A DNA stretch of 53,308 bases from Octopus bimaculoides (lineage: Eukaryota). Shown here piece by piece: positions 34,668 to 46,990 of the stretch. The first letter of the stretch is position 1. Each line of letters opens with the position of its first letter. The stretch is taken from positions 58,777,827 to 58,831,134 of the forward strand of contig NC_068982.1 in NCBI RefSeq assembly GCF_001194135.2, read 5' to 3'. The position numbers were made by a program, and so were the translations under genes. The notes beneath the pieces are model-generated. The model searched no databases. It had not been told where the DNA came from and saw only the letters and a program-made list of their open reading frames with translations.

Positions 34668-34876
34668 AAAAAAAAAAAAAAAAAGAAAGTGCACTCGACG
34701 GATGGAAAAACCAGTAGCGCCAGCAGAGATCTTCTTCAAATGCAGTCGCTCTATGCGTGAATGCCACTCCCGCGTGGGCCTCTAGAACCACAGTAGACAC
34801 TGTACCAATATCAGCAGCTAACAATTTCTTCGGGCGCAGATCCATAATCATTCGAGACCAACTGATGCCTACTACG
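34668..34876 (+). mobile_element. 3' end of an RTE-clade LINE
   Basis: Translation ...APAEIFFKCSRSMRECHSRVGL*NHSRHCT resembles the RTE ORF C-terminal CxxCxRxCxSRIGLxSHxRxC motif. It is followed by a gggcgcagatccat...gatgcc(tac)n RTE-type tail. Confidence 0.8.
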
Positions 34877-34991
34877 AAAACATAATATCCGACAATCTAA
34901 TGATTCTGGGAAACTATCTATATTCACACATTACAATGCGATTTATTTGAAATATTAGCTATAATAATAATCAGTGTTGAATATATTCAAA

Positions 34992-35404
34992 TACTCTCTT
35001 TTACTTGTTTCAGTCATTTGACTGCGGCCATGCTGGAGCACCGCCTTTAGTCGATCAAATCGACCCCAGGACTTATTCTTTGGAAGCCTGGTACTTATTC
35101 TATGGGTTTCTTTTGCCGAACCGCTAAGTTACGGGGACGTAAACACACCAGCATCGGTTGTCAAGCAATGCTAGGGGGACAAACACAGACACAAGCATAC
35201 ATACATACACACACACACACACACATATATATATATGTACATATATACGACGGGCTTCTTTCAGTTTCCGTCTACCAAATCCACTCACAAGGCTTTGGTC
35301 GGCCCGAGACTATAGTAGAGGACACTTGCCCAAAGTGCCACGCAGTGGGACTGAACCCGGAACCATGTGGTTGGTAAGCAAGCTACTTACCACACAGCCA
35401 CTCC
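34992..35404 (-). mobile_element. Family A SINE, full length, little diverged
   Basis: Complete reverse-complement copy with no gap. Confidence 0.95.
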
Positions 35405-35719
35405 AATCATTTTATATAATTATTTTTAGTCATTTTGGTTGGTATTGGGTTTAAATATCGCTTGTTTAATTTGGAAAATGGGGAATGGGATGCACACTGG
35501 TTGTAGCGCTGTTTAGCTTACCACTACTTATGTGAACCAGACGATAACTGAGACAGAAGTTGCACGCATCGTGGTACCCTAAAATGTTTCCAGAGAGTCA
35601 GCAGTAATAATATTCAGCTAACTGTTGGTATCATCATCTTTCCTTGCAAGACGATTATCGGCTCAAGAGCATCGGGCATTATCAAAATATCCCACAATAT
35701 GTTTTTATTTTTGATATCC

Positions 35720-36418
35720 CTAGTTGAATGTAGAGAGACGGAAGAAATGCCGCTAAGCAATTTTTCCGGTGCTGTAACGATTCTGTCACCTTATCGTCTT
35801 ACGCTTTCATACAATGGTTTCAAATTTTGGCACTGGGTCAGCAGTTTTAGAGGCGGGGTCTAATCGATTAAATTGATCTCAATGCTCAACAAGTACTTAT
35901 TTTATCGCCCCTGAATATATGACAGGCGCGGTCGATCTCAATGGAATTTGAACTCAGAACGTAAAAAGCCGGAAGATACACTTTCATATAATTCATTGTA
36001 CATAGGCACAAGTGAAAACTGGAGAGAAGCGGGTTGTCAAATACAACGACCTCAGTGTTATTTCATTAACTTCTAAAGTATAAAAGACAAACTTGACCTT
36101 GGCGGATTTAAACTCAGAACATAAAGGCGGACAAATGCGCAAAGCATTTTGTCCGGCGTGTTAACGATTCTTCTATTTCGCTGCATTTTAAAACTTATAA
36201 CAAACCTTTCTACTATAGGCACAAAACCCAGAATTTTGGGGAAGGGGATAGTTAATTACATCGACCCCAGTGCTCAACTGGTACTTATTTTATCGACCTC
36301 GAAGAAATGAATGGTAAAGTCGTGCTCAGCGGAATTTGAACCTAGAACGTAAAGACGAAAGAAATGCTACTAAGCGTTTTGTCCGTTGTGCTAACGATTC
36401 TGCCAGCTGGTTGCTTTA
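35720..36418 (-). mobile_element. Cluster of ~4 tandem, same-orientation family B SINE copies or fragments
   Basis: The gaatttgaactcagaacgtaaa / ttttatcgacc motifs recur at ~35945, ~36108 and ~36333, and a head fragment lies at ~35730-35790. Confidence 0.8.
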
Positions 36419-36441
36419 CGTCTTTATATAATAAAGTTACT

Positions 36442-36819
36442 GTGGAGGCGCAATGGCCGAGTGGTTAGGGCAGCGGACTCGCGGTTATAGGATCGCGGTT
36501 TCGATTCCCAGACCGGGCGTTGTGAGTGTTTATTGAGCGAAAACACCTAAAGCTCCACAAGGCTCCGACAAGGGATGGTGGCGAACCCTGCTGTATTCAT
36601 TCACCACAACTTTCTCTCACTCTTACTTCCTGTTTCTGTTTTGCCTGTAATTCAAAGAGCCAGCCTTGTCACACTGTGTCACGCTGAATATCCTCGAGAA
36701 CTACGTTAAAGGTACACGTGTCTGTGGAGTGCTCAGCTACTTGTACGTTAATTTCACGAGTAGGCTGTCCCGTTGATCGGATCAACTGGAACCCGCGACG
36801 GAGTGCCAAGAACAACAAC
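36442..36819 (+). mobile_element. Family C SINE, full-length long form
   Basis: 12-bp TSD aataaagttact (36430-36441 / 36820-36831); (CAA)n tail. Confidence 0.93.
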
Positions 36820-37202
36820 AATAAAGTTACTACCTAACACTGTAGGTTTCAGAGGTCTTCTGAAATGTGAGTCTTCTGGATAAGATTTGGTACGAGCTAA
36901 GCAACATTATCACACTTCAACCAGATTCGTAACTATCTTTCTTGGTGACTATGTCTCATTCCTTTCGTTCCTATCCACAGCCCTTAAATTATATTGATTA
37001 GCAGCTTGCTGGTTGTTATTATTGTTATTTAACCCATGGTCAACTTCATCGAGCTGGTCAACTTCATAAAATCACATAATTCGATCGACCTGCATAGGTT
37101 CTGTCTTACATATAACAGATGTCTGTTATTTGAGGGGAGGTTTGACTGGCATTTGTAGTTGCTCAGATGACCACGTAGAGTTTCCCTCGTGTACATATTT
37201 TA

Positions 37203-37350
37203 TCTTTTACTTGTTTCAGTCATTGGATTGCAGCCATGCTGGTGCAAACCCCTTGAACGGTTCAGCAGAACAAATCGACTCCAGTACTTATCTTTATATT
37301 TGTTATGGGGACATAAACAAACCATCACTAGTAGTCCAGCAGTGGTGGGA
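37203..37350 (-). mobile_element. Family A SINE 3' half, old
   Basis: ttttacttgtttcagtcattggattgcagccatgctggtgc... Confidence 0.7.
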
Positions 37351-38250
37351 AACAAACACAACACAAACGCACATGATGATAATATAATGTTGATGATGAT
37401 GATGATGATGGCAATGGTGGCAATGTTGCGCTGTTTGTGGCTATAAGGACGACCAGGATGACGCTAATTATAATGATGATGATGCACATAGTAACAGATT
37501 GTCAGCGAGCATATCTTCAAATATATATTTACGAGAACTGTACGTCATTGCATGTGTTAGTGCGCGTGCGTATATGCTTATCAGTGCGTATATGTCTATA
37601 AGTATGTGTGTGTATGTCTCTGTGTGTGAGTGTGTAAAAGTACTAATCTGCGTGCGTATGTATGCCTATGTCTGTGTAACGGTGATTGCAAGTATGTTTA
37701 AGATTATATATGTTTACGGAACTGTCTATATTGGTGACTGTATATCGGATAGTGAGATAATACCGCAGCGGACCAGTCAATATTATGAACTGACTGTTAG
37801 ACATATATATTCATACATACATACATACATATANNNNNNNNNNTATATATATGCATATATATATATGAATGTAAGTATATGTGTGGTTGGGCCTCTGTGT
37901 ATGTGTATTAGCTTATATAGTACATATGTGCGCATCAGTTCTTAAAAGTATCTACAGCAGTAGACTGGTTAGTATAAATGAAACTTCCTCTATGTAATAG
38001 TATGCTTATGGATTAGTATAAATACGTGTGTGTACATAGGCATGTGTGTGCGCATGCGTATACGTATGTGTGAGTGTTTGTGTGTGTAAAAGAGTATGCT
38101 TATTATCCAATGATTTAGTATTGGCCAGCGTGGACAGTAGCTGGTTTACATAGCCAAAGTTATGGCTGATTAGTTGATATGCCCGTTATAACTGTGTATG
38201 TATGTGTGTGTATGCACACACATATACATGCACACATACAATACTTGTGC

Positions 38251-38337
<87 letters not shown>

Positions 38338-38929
38338 TATATACATATATATATGTATGTATATATATATAACAGTACATATACAAATATTCATATAATT
38401 ATATATATGTATACATAAGATAAATATAAATATTTGTTTCTTTATATATATATATATATATATATGAAAGGGCATATACAAATATCCATATAATCATGTA
38501 TAAGCATACAAACTATTATATATAAACACATATAGATATTTGTATATGTATATATATGTGTGTGTGTGTGTGTGTTTGTGTGTGTGTGTTTGTGTGTGTG
38601 TGTATATACATATATATATACACACATACATACATGCGTACACATAAAAATGTATTCCTGCGTATAGAAATATATATGTGCACGCACACACACACACACA
38701 CACACTTATACATAGACGCGTATGTAACTCAGATGATTGCATTGTGAGCTTTGACAGAGCTATGTCAGTTATTAAGCTGGTATCACTCTGGATTAGTCAA
38801 ACAGTTTGATGTGAATGTATGCGCATATGCGTAGGTGTATATGTGCATGCTCGGATGTTATTGAATATAATTGTTTATTACTTAATAGCAACATTTACTG
38901 CTGATGAAGCTTGTATGTGTGGCGGAGAG

Positions 38930-38944
38930 AGAAACGGTAAGAAG

Positions 38945-39035
<91 letters not shown>
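38930..39035. repeat. (GA)n microsatellite (one example of dozens of (TA)n, (TG)n, (TATC)n, (TATG)n and (GA)n tracts across the window)
   Basis: Directly visible. Confidence 0.97.
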
Positions 39036-39037
<2 letters not shown>

Positions 39038-39629
39038 GATAAGTTAGTGAGAATCTTTTACCAGATCCAGTGATGTTATAATGAGATTATAGTGTAAATA
39101 TGGGAAGCATTAGTCGGATAATCCGGTCTCTTTTCATCTCTTAAGATGTCTCTGTTGTGATACAGTCGTGTAGTGTTTAGAGATACGATGTATAAAATCA
39201 CCATATTAGGATACAGTGTATATAGTGACAAAAGTACATCAGGACATCCATCCATCCTTCTAAATGTATATATCTACACGCATAGACGTTCATATATACA
39301 CGCGCGTGTGTGTATATATATATATTCTTTTATTATTTTATCCGTTTAGCCATGCGGCTGCGGTCATGCTGGAGCACCACCATATATAAAGATATGTACA
39401 TTCATTTTTAACAGGCTGGGGACAAGTTGTCTTTTTGGAGGGTCATTTACAAGTAAAACAACACACACAGACCGGTACAGTTTCCCCTATATAATTAGCG
39501 GCATTTCGTCCGTCTTTACGTTCTGAGTTCAAAATACTCCGACATCATCTTTGCCTTTCATCCTTTCGGAGATGTATGTGTGGGGGGGAGAGAAAGAGAG
39601 AGCGTACGTGTAAGCTGGTCATTGTTTAG

Positions 39630-39815
39630 CCTCAGGTCATTCTTGATCAAGCAGAAGTATGATCAAAGATATTCCAGCCGTGACCTATATGCAGGGAACT
39701 CAGAACCACATGGTCAAATATAAATTTCTGGATCTTCTAAGATCGTAGAGTATGATTTGAGAGATATTTGGTTGCTGGTTCTAGCAGTTCGAGAGACCAT
39801 GTATAGGCTCCCACG
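39630..39815 (-). mobile_element. Family E repeat copy
   Basis: gtttagcctcaggtca...gatcaaagatattccagccgtgacc...atttggttgctggttctagcag...gtataggctccc; reverse-orientation homologue of 20612-20805. Confidence 0.65.
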
Positions 39816-40011
39816 TTGACTTGCAAGCAAATTTCTGTATCGAGCTGGTGTTTGTTGGGTCATCGACATGGATCATTGCTCAGTCTGAAACATGACAACC
39901 TGACTAACGCCAAAACCAGTGTTTTCATCTCTTTCTACTATACTTACCCTTTCTTACCCTGTGTCACTCTTTCCCCTCTTTCTTCCATCATATACTATCT
40001 GTGTCCCCTAT

Positions 40012-40160
40012 AGCCTTTCTACTATAGGCACAAGGGCCAAAACTGTGAAGTATCTGTTAGGATTTCAGTCGATTACATCAACCCAGTGCTCGATCAGTAC
40101 TTTTTGGAAATGCTGCCAACCATTTCGTTCGACGCGCTAACGATTCTGCCAGCTCGCCGC
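40012..40160 (-). mobile_element. Family B SINE with internal deletion
   Basis: cctttctactataggcacaagg...gtcgattacatcaacccagtgctc...gctaacgattctgccagctcgccgcc. Confidence 0.8.
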
Positions 40161-40675
40161 CTCCATCCGTGTCACTATATCGGCAAAGAATCCTCTCTAC
40201 TCTTTCCTTCTGTCTTTATTTATGTTCGTTATACTCTCTCTCTCTCCTCCTACAACTGTGTCGCTCTATCGGCAAAGATTATATCTATATGGTCATGTCA
40301 GCCTAATCTAATCAGGAAATCTAATAACCATATAAAGATATCCAACGATTGGCTGAACAGTAGAGAGTTGGCGGTGAAGGTTACAGAAAACGGAGACCAG
40401 CAACAGCGTCATCACAATCTCAGCACTACCACTATTAACAATTCTGCCATTGGGCCAATGCGATTACCTCTAAGTGGACAGTCGGACTGCAAGAAATGAC
40501 AGTCAACTATCTCTCAAATAAAAGGAAAATAAAGGAAAGGAGATTTGAGATAATAGTAGCTTTAGATAAGTCTAAAAAATACGAGATTGTCATGAAGGGA
40601 ATGTCTTTGGTCAAAGGTCTACTCGATCAAGTTTGAAATCAGGTTAAACAAAAATATCAGCTTCAGCACGCATGC

Positions 40676-40707
<32 letters not shown>

Positions 40708-40712
40708 GCGCG

Positions 40713-40939
40713 CAGCGAGCTGGCAGAAACGTTAGCACGCCGGGCGAAATGCTTAGCGGTATTTCGTCTGCCGCTACATTCTGAGTTCAAATTCCGCCGC
40801 GGTCGACTTCGCCTTTCATCCTTTCGGGGTCGATTAAATAAGTACCAGTTACGCACTGGGGTAGATATAACCGACTTAATCTGTTTGTCTGTCCTTGTTT
40901 GTCCCCTCTGTGTAGCCCCTTGTGGGTAGTAAAGAAATA
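40713..40939 (+). mobile_element. Family B SINE, well preserved
   Basis: Full head, Nin-like domain, GTCGA-type hairpin region and the tgtccccctct...gccccttgtggg...aaagaaataa tail. Confidence 0.92.
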
Positions 40940-40964
40940 ACACACACAAACACACACTTATTTT

Positions 40965-41495
40965 GGTACAAGACCAGCAATTTTGAAGTGAGGGAGCAGG
41001 TCAGTTATATCTCAGTAACTCGCGAAAAAAAATTAAAGGTAACATTGCTGAGGTTTGAACTCAGAAGGTAAAGGGTATGGAGAAGTTCCTCGAAGCATTT
41101 CTTCCAGGACTCTAAAAATCCTGCCAGCTCATCGTTTTAAAAAGGATAATAAAAGTAATAATAACCCTTTCTACTATTGGCACAAAGTCTGAAATCTTGG
41201 GGAAGGGGATAGTCGATTACATCGACCCCAGTACTCAACCGGCACTTATTTTATCGACCCCAAAAGAATGAAAGGCAAAGTCGACCTCGGCGGAATTTGA
41301 ACTCATAACGTACAGACAGATGAAATAACAACAACAACAATAATAATAATAATAAACCTTTTATACTATAGGCAAAGTGTCTGAAATTTGGGGGAAAAGT
41401 GGAGTTAATCGATTACATCAACTCCAGTGCTCAAATGGTAGTTATTTTATCGACCCCGAAAGAATAAAAAGGCAACATCGACCTCGGTGGAATTT
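40965..41495 (-). mobile_element. Three tandem family B SINE copies or fragments
   Basis: Repeated ccctttctact...ggcacaa...gtcgattacatcgacccc...ttttatcgaccccgaa at ~40965, ~41165 and ~41355. Confidence 0.85.
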
Positions 41496-41651
41496 TAATA
41501 ACAACTTCACTTGAGCGGATCCATTTTAACCTGTCAGATGAAACCTTTTGACACGGATGGAGGGGAACTCCAGTTTAACAGTCAACTGGCTATAGTATTA
41601 TATTTATATATATATATATATATAGATATATATATATATATATATATATAT

Positions 41652-42228
41652 AATACTAAGATATGTTTCGCCTGAATTGGCCCAGTTCATATCTAACTTA
41701 ATAGTACCATCTAGAAAAGACATTTAAAGATATTTCTTATTAGTCATTCTATGGACATTATAGCCCCATTTAAGTAGAGAATTATTGTTTGCAGAGATAT
41801 ATCTGGGGGTAGATCGTTTATCTGGAATTCGTTAGAGATAACCGTTCACGGGGATTTTTCTTCCCTTGTGTGTCTTGGGTATGATGTTAAAGAGAGAAGG
41901 GCTAGCTGAGATGAAATAGTTCTGCCTTAGTGGTATGATGTGACGCGAACATGACTTTTGTAAAAGATGGCTAACACGGGGACAAAACCTCGGGTAAATT
42001 TCAAAGTGGATGCCAACATCATTTGGGTAGTGCTGCTGGAATATTTTCCACATCATACAAATGATATAGCGCCCACGGCGACGTTAGAAGGAATAAAGAT
42101 TGAGTTTCTCGAGTCGATCCCAATAACCAAGACTTAACATGCTGTCTATTTTCCTAGTAATGGATCTCTAGGGTGCTTTGATTTTTACAATATCCTGTTT
42201 CAGGTAGGGAGATCACAGTATTCAAGGT
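41652..42228 (-). mobile_element. 3' part of a second CR1/L2-group LINE, decayed
   Basis: Minus-strand translation HLEYC...RSITRKIDSMLSLGYWDRLEKLNLYSF*RRRGRYIICMMWKIFQQ...SLFNIIPK...IPDK...SANNNSLL is the canonical CR1-type ORF2 C-terminus. The 3' tail runs into (TA)n. Confidence 0.88.
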
Positions 42229-42310
42229 GAGGAGGGCTGTAGATGGAGAAGTGAAGAATAATAGCTGGAGTGTCTCTAGACCGAAGCATATATATTATCT
42301 ATTATACACA

Positions 42311-42356
<46 letters not shown>

Positions 42357-42542
42357 TCTTTTACCTGTCTCAGTCATTTAACTGCGGACATGCTAGAGCA
42401 CCGCCTTGAAGGATTTCAGTCAAACAAATCGACCCCAAGACTTATTTTTTAAGGTTGGTACTTATTCTATTGGTGTGGTTTGCCAAACCGCTAAGTTACG
42501 GGGACGTAAACACACCAACACCGGTTGTCAAGNNNNNNNNNN

Positions 42543-42586
<44 letters not shown>

Positions 42587-42962
42587 GATGGGCTTCTTTC
42601 AGTTTCCGTCTACCAAATCTACTCACAAAGCTTTGGTCGGCCCGAGGCTATAGTAGAAAACACTTTCTCAAGGTGCCATGCAGTGGGACTGAACCCGGAA
42701 TCGTGTCTGGGGAGCAAGCTTCTTATTTCTTTATTGCCCATAGAGGGGACAAACAAGAGAATAAGTCGATTACATCGACCCAGTGCGTAACTGGTACTTA
42801 ATTTATCGACCCCGAAAGGATGAAATGCAAAGTCAACCTCGGCGGGATTTGAACTCAGAACGTAGCGCCAGACGAAATACCGCTAAGTGTTTCGCCCGGC
42901 GCGCTAACGATTCTGCCAGCTCGCCGTCTTCTTACCGCAAGCTTCTTACCACACAACCACGC
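42357..42962 (-). mobile_element. Family A SINE interrupted in its head by a family B SINE
   Basis: The A body lies at 42357-42725 and the A head resumes at 42937-42962. Confidence 0.85.
42726..42927 (-). mobile_element. Family B SINE nested in family A
   Basis: 12-bp TSD gcaagcttctta (42714-42725 / 42937-42948). Confidence 0.92.
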
Positions 42963-43979
42963 TGTACCTGTTCCGTTAATGCATGGGTCACAGTTGCAAA
43001 TTAAGAAACGCAATTCTACAGGAAGTAGAGTGTCTCACGCTATTTATTTGACGTGTAATATTTGTTTTTTAAAATTCTGCTTTAGTAAACCTTCTTACGG
43101 AATATACATGCTCCTGACAGGGTACCCGAACTTCGACTTTCGAATTTTGTTTTTCAACAAAAGATCCAAATAAGAAACTAATGCAGCCTATTAATAAAAG
43201 AAGAGGTTTCACTTTTAATAAATGAACATATAATACTCCACTCTATTTTAAACCGGTATTGAGTTCTTTATTCATGTTTGTATGTTTTTGTAATAAAAAA
43301 ACAGAAACACACTCTTTGATCTCTTTCTCTGTATATAAATAGAGCATATATATATAAAAAACATATACACACACATACATACGTACATACATACATACAT
43401 ACATACATACAACTCTCATTCTATATATATATGTGTATGTGCGCGTGCGTTATTTGCATACAAATATGCACTCATTTACGTAAGAGACTGGTTTCACAGT
43501 CTGTGAGAAACGTGAATGAGAGGATAGATAACATGTTAACACTTGGCTGGCTGGGTGGGGTTCTGAGAAGCACTGTGCTGAGTATCAGCTTACAGTTGGT
43601 CATATTGTATTTGATATCCTAAGCGCTAATACTGCTGCTGGCTTTAAATGAGTTTGGAGCCCAACATCATTATGAATTATCCTTTAGAAGTCATTGCTAT
43701 TGTTGTTATTATTGTTATTATTATTATTATTATTGTTGTTGTTGTTATTTGTTGTAGTTTTTGTTGTATTTTGTTACTATTCTGGTTAGTGAAAGCGAAT
43801 TCGTGCGAAAATGATGAAGCAGCAGACAAGACAAAATAGCTCTACAGTATTGAGTTTCGTATGGTCCTTCTATGTACACCGGTTCCAAATCCGTACAATG
43901 GATTTCTTGTCTGGTCCCTGGTTGGCCCTGAATGAGCAAGATTTATAGAGTGACCATCATTATTATTTTATTTTGATCG

Positions 43980-44195
43980 GGGCGGCGAGCTGGTAGAATC
44001 ATTAGCACACCGGACAAAGCGTTAAGCGGCATTTCATCCGTGTCTAAGTTCTGAGTTCAAATTCCGCCGAGGACGATTTTGCAGTTCATTCTTTCGGGGT
44101 CAATAAATTAAGTACCAGTGAAATACTGGGATCGATGTAATCGACTAGTTTCCTCCCTCAAAATTTCAGGCCTTGCACCTTTTAGTAGAAAGGAT
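43980..44195 (+). mobile_element. Family B SINE
   Basis: gggcggcgagctggtagaatcattagc...aatttcaggccttg...gtagaaaggattatt. Confidence 0.88.
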
Positions 44196-44390
44196 TATTA
44201 TTTTAATTTAGTAATTAATTAATTTTTTTGAGATGTCATTATTCTTTCCCTAGTTATCGTTTTGAGATACACAGTTATCATATTCAGAGTGAATCCATTC
44301 ACAGGGGCCACTATTGTCATTCACACTCATCTTTCAGCAAACTCGAGATAGTGCACCATATCAACCTTTTCCGAGTAGAACTTGACAGAC

Positions 44391-44810
44391 GCAGGCGTGG
44401 CTGTGTGGGAAGAAGCTTGCTTCCAACGTCATGGCTTCGGGTTCAGTTCCACTGCGTGACACCTAAGGTAAATGTGAGTGGATTTGTTAGATGGAAACTG
44501 GAAGAACCAAGTTGTGCACACATACACACATGATTACATCGACCCCAGTATTCAACCGGTACTTATTTTATTGAGCCTGAATAGATGAAAGGCTAAGTCG
44601 ACTTCAGTGTGTGTGTCCCTCCACCACCGCTTGAAAACCGGTGCTGGACTGTTTCCATTCATGTGAATTAGCGGTTCGGCAAAGGAGCCTGATAGAATAA
44701 GCAACAGCTTCACAAGAAAAATAAGTACAGGAGTCGATTCGTTCGACTAAAAATTCTTCAAGGTGCTGCCTCAGCATGGCCAAAGCCTAATAACAGAAAC
44801 GAATTAAAAG
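44391..44810 (+). mobile_element. Old family A SINE containing a family B fragment (~44533-44610, minus)
   Basis: A head at 44391, A 3' half 44610-44810. Confidence 0.7.
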
Positions 44811-45044
44811 ATACGCTAAAAAGAAGTCTGCGCTCATTTTAGTTGCGCCCACCATACAACCTCTTATGCCGAAAGTCACTTGACTTAGGAAACCTGCCCA
44901 AAGAAAGGAATATAGCAGTGTGATTTTCACCATGAGCTCTGTTGATAACCGGATCCTTCTATTTGTGATAACAGTAAATCAATAAAACTCCACAAGTTAG
45001 AAACTCTGACACCGGATCGGCGCTGATTGCACTACTGCGTCTGG

Positions 45045-45685
45045 CGAATTGGCGGTATCGTTAACGCATCGGAAAAATAATGTCATGTAGCATTCGCTTC
45101 GGCTCAAATGCTGCTGAGGTCAACCTTGCCTTTTATCCCTCCAGGGTCTATGAAACAAAGTGACAATGAAGTACTAGTTTCGATAACACTCACCTCAAAA
45201 TTCCAAGCCAGCAAGCTAATAAAATCGTGAGAGCGTCGGAAAATATTGTGCTACAGCGTTCACTTCGGCTCTTTACATTCAGAGTTCAAATCCTGCTGAG
45301 GTCAACTTTGCTTTTCATCCCTCCAGGCTCGATGAAACAAAGTACAAATGAAGTACTAGGCTCGATAATAATGGTTTCAAATTTTGTCACAGGGCCAGCA
45401 ATTTCGAGGAGGAGGTAAATGGATTACATCAACCCCCAGTGCTCAATTGGTACTAGTTAGTTTTATCGACCCCGAAAGGATGAGAGGTAAAGTCGATCTC
45501 GGCGGAACTTGAACTCAGACTGGGCTCCATAATATTGATCTCAAAATTCCAAACCTTGAGTGTTTTACTTTAAGGCAGCGAGCTCAAAGAATCGTTAGAT
45601 CGTCGGTAAGTAATGCTTAGCAGTATTCCGTTTTTTTTTGTTTTGTTTTTTTACGTTCTGAGTTCAAATCCTGCTGAGTTCAAAT
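45045..45685. mobile_element. Cluster of old family B-related SINEs (two plus-strand in tandem, one minus, one plus)
   Basis: Repeated gttcaaatcctgctgaggtcaac...ttttcatccctccagg motifs. Confidence 0.7.
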
Positions 45686-45956
45686 AGTATTATTATTATC
45701 ATCATCATCATCATTATTATTATTATTATTAGTAGTAGTATTTGATACTAGTGTTATTAGATTTGCTGATTTAATTGTCTTAGTAATTGCTACAGTAAAA
45801 ACTTTCACCACCACTACTACTACTACTACTACTAATAATAATAATAATAATAATAACGGTAGTTATAGTGGCACTAGTAGTAATAGTAGTAGTAATAGCT
45901 GTTGTTGGTACTGTTTTTATTATTGTAGATTTAACTGCAGTAGTAGNNNNNNNNNN

Positions 45957-45998
<42 letters not shown>

Positions 45999-46509
45999 TA
46001 TATATATATATATATATTTCTTTGTTGTTTTGTTTTTCCTGTTATGTCTTCCTAGATTTTCTGCCACTCTTTCTTCGTGTATTTTATTTACTTGTTCAGT
46101 TATTCGTCGAGAAAGTAAAGATAAGAATATTTAAAAATAAAACAACAACACCACCACCACCACCACCACCACCATCATCATCAACAACAACAACAACAGC
46201 TAAACAAAGTACCAAAGCCATCTCCAAATGCCATTTTACAATAGTCTGGGCATTGAATCAACTTTTCATTTTTTTCTAATATATATATATATATTTTTAA
46301 TATTATTTTTGTTTGTTTGTTGTTGCTCTTGTTGTAGGTGATGGTGATAATAATGGTGGTGGTGCTTTCAAGAGTGATAATCCAGAAATATCAACAATAT
46401 GGCAGATTTCCAAACTGTTTTTGGTCGAACCCTCAGACGTGAAGAATTTTACATATCAGTCCTGTGTTTCGGAGAGGAACAGCGACGTATTATGAAGATG
46501 TTAATGTAA

Positions 46510-46990
46510 GAAATTATGGTGGTGGTGGTGGTGGTAGTGGTGGACGGATAGATGGATGATGGTGATTATGATGATGATGATGATGATGATGTTGATGACA
46601 GTGGTGGTAGTGGTAAGGATAATTTGTGGTGATGACGACGATCACGGTGATGACGATGGCGATAATGGTGGTGGTGAGGATGATGATGCTGGTGGTACTT
46701 GGTGAGGATAATTTGTAGTGATGAAGATACTGATGATGATGGGCATCATCATCATCATCATCATCATGGCGATGATGGTGGTCGTAGAAGTGGAGGAGGA
46801 GATGATGACGAGAATGACAGAAGATGATGACAATGATAATGATGATGAAGAAGAAAAAGATTGTGATAAGGGAGAAGATAATAGTAGTAATGATGATGAT
46901 GATGACGATGACGATGATGAGTGTAATGGCGTTGGCAGGAGTGGTTGTGGTCATGGCGATGGTAGTGGTGGTGGTGGTAGTAAAGATGAT
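46510..46990. repeat. Degenerate (GAT/GGT)n trinucleotide field
   Basis: Directly visible; similar fields at 51320-51570 and 45690-45900. Confidence 0.9.

Noticed and set aside
38898-38940. CTGATGA followed by GAAAC, a possible hammerhead
   Set aside because: No stable helix II or helix I, and it runs into a (GA)n tract.
40086-40499. 137-aa ORF with a non-repetitive 3' half and CCAAT-like motifs
   Set aside because: The 5' half is an antisense family B SINE, the rest has no recognisable domain, and the motifs are too short to support a promoter call.
41652-41712. Hairpin plus GAAAC on the minus strand resembling a hammerhead
   Set aside because: It lacks the CUGANGA core and a GUH triplet, and is better explained as the 3' stem-loop tail of the CR1-like LINE at 41652-42228.
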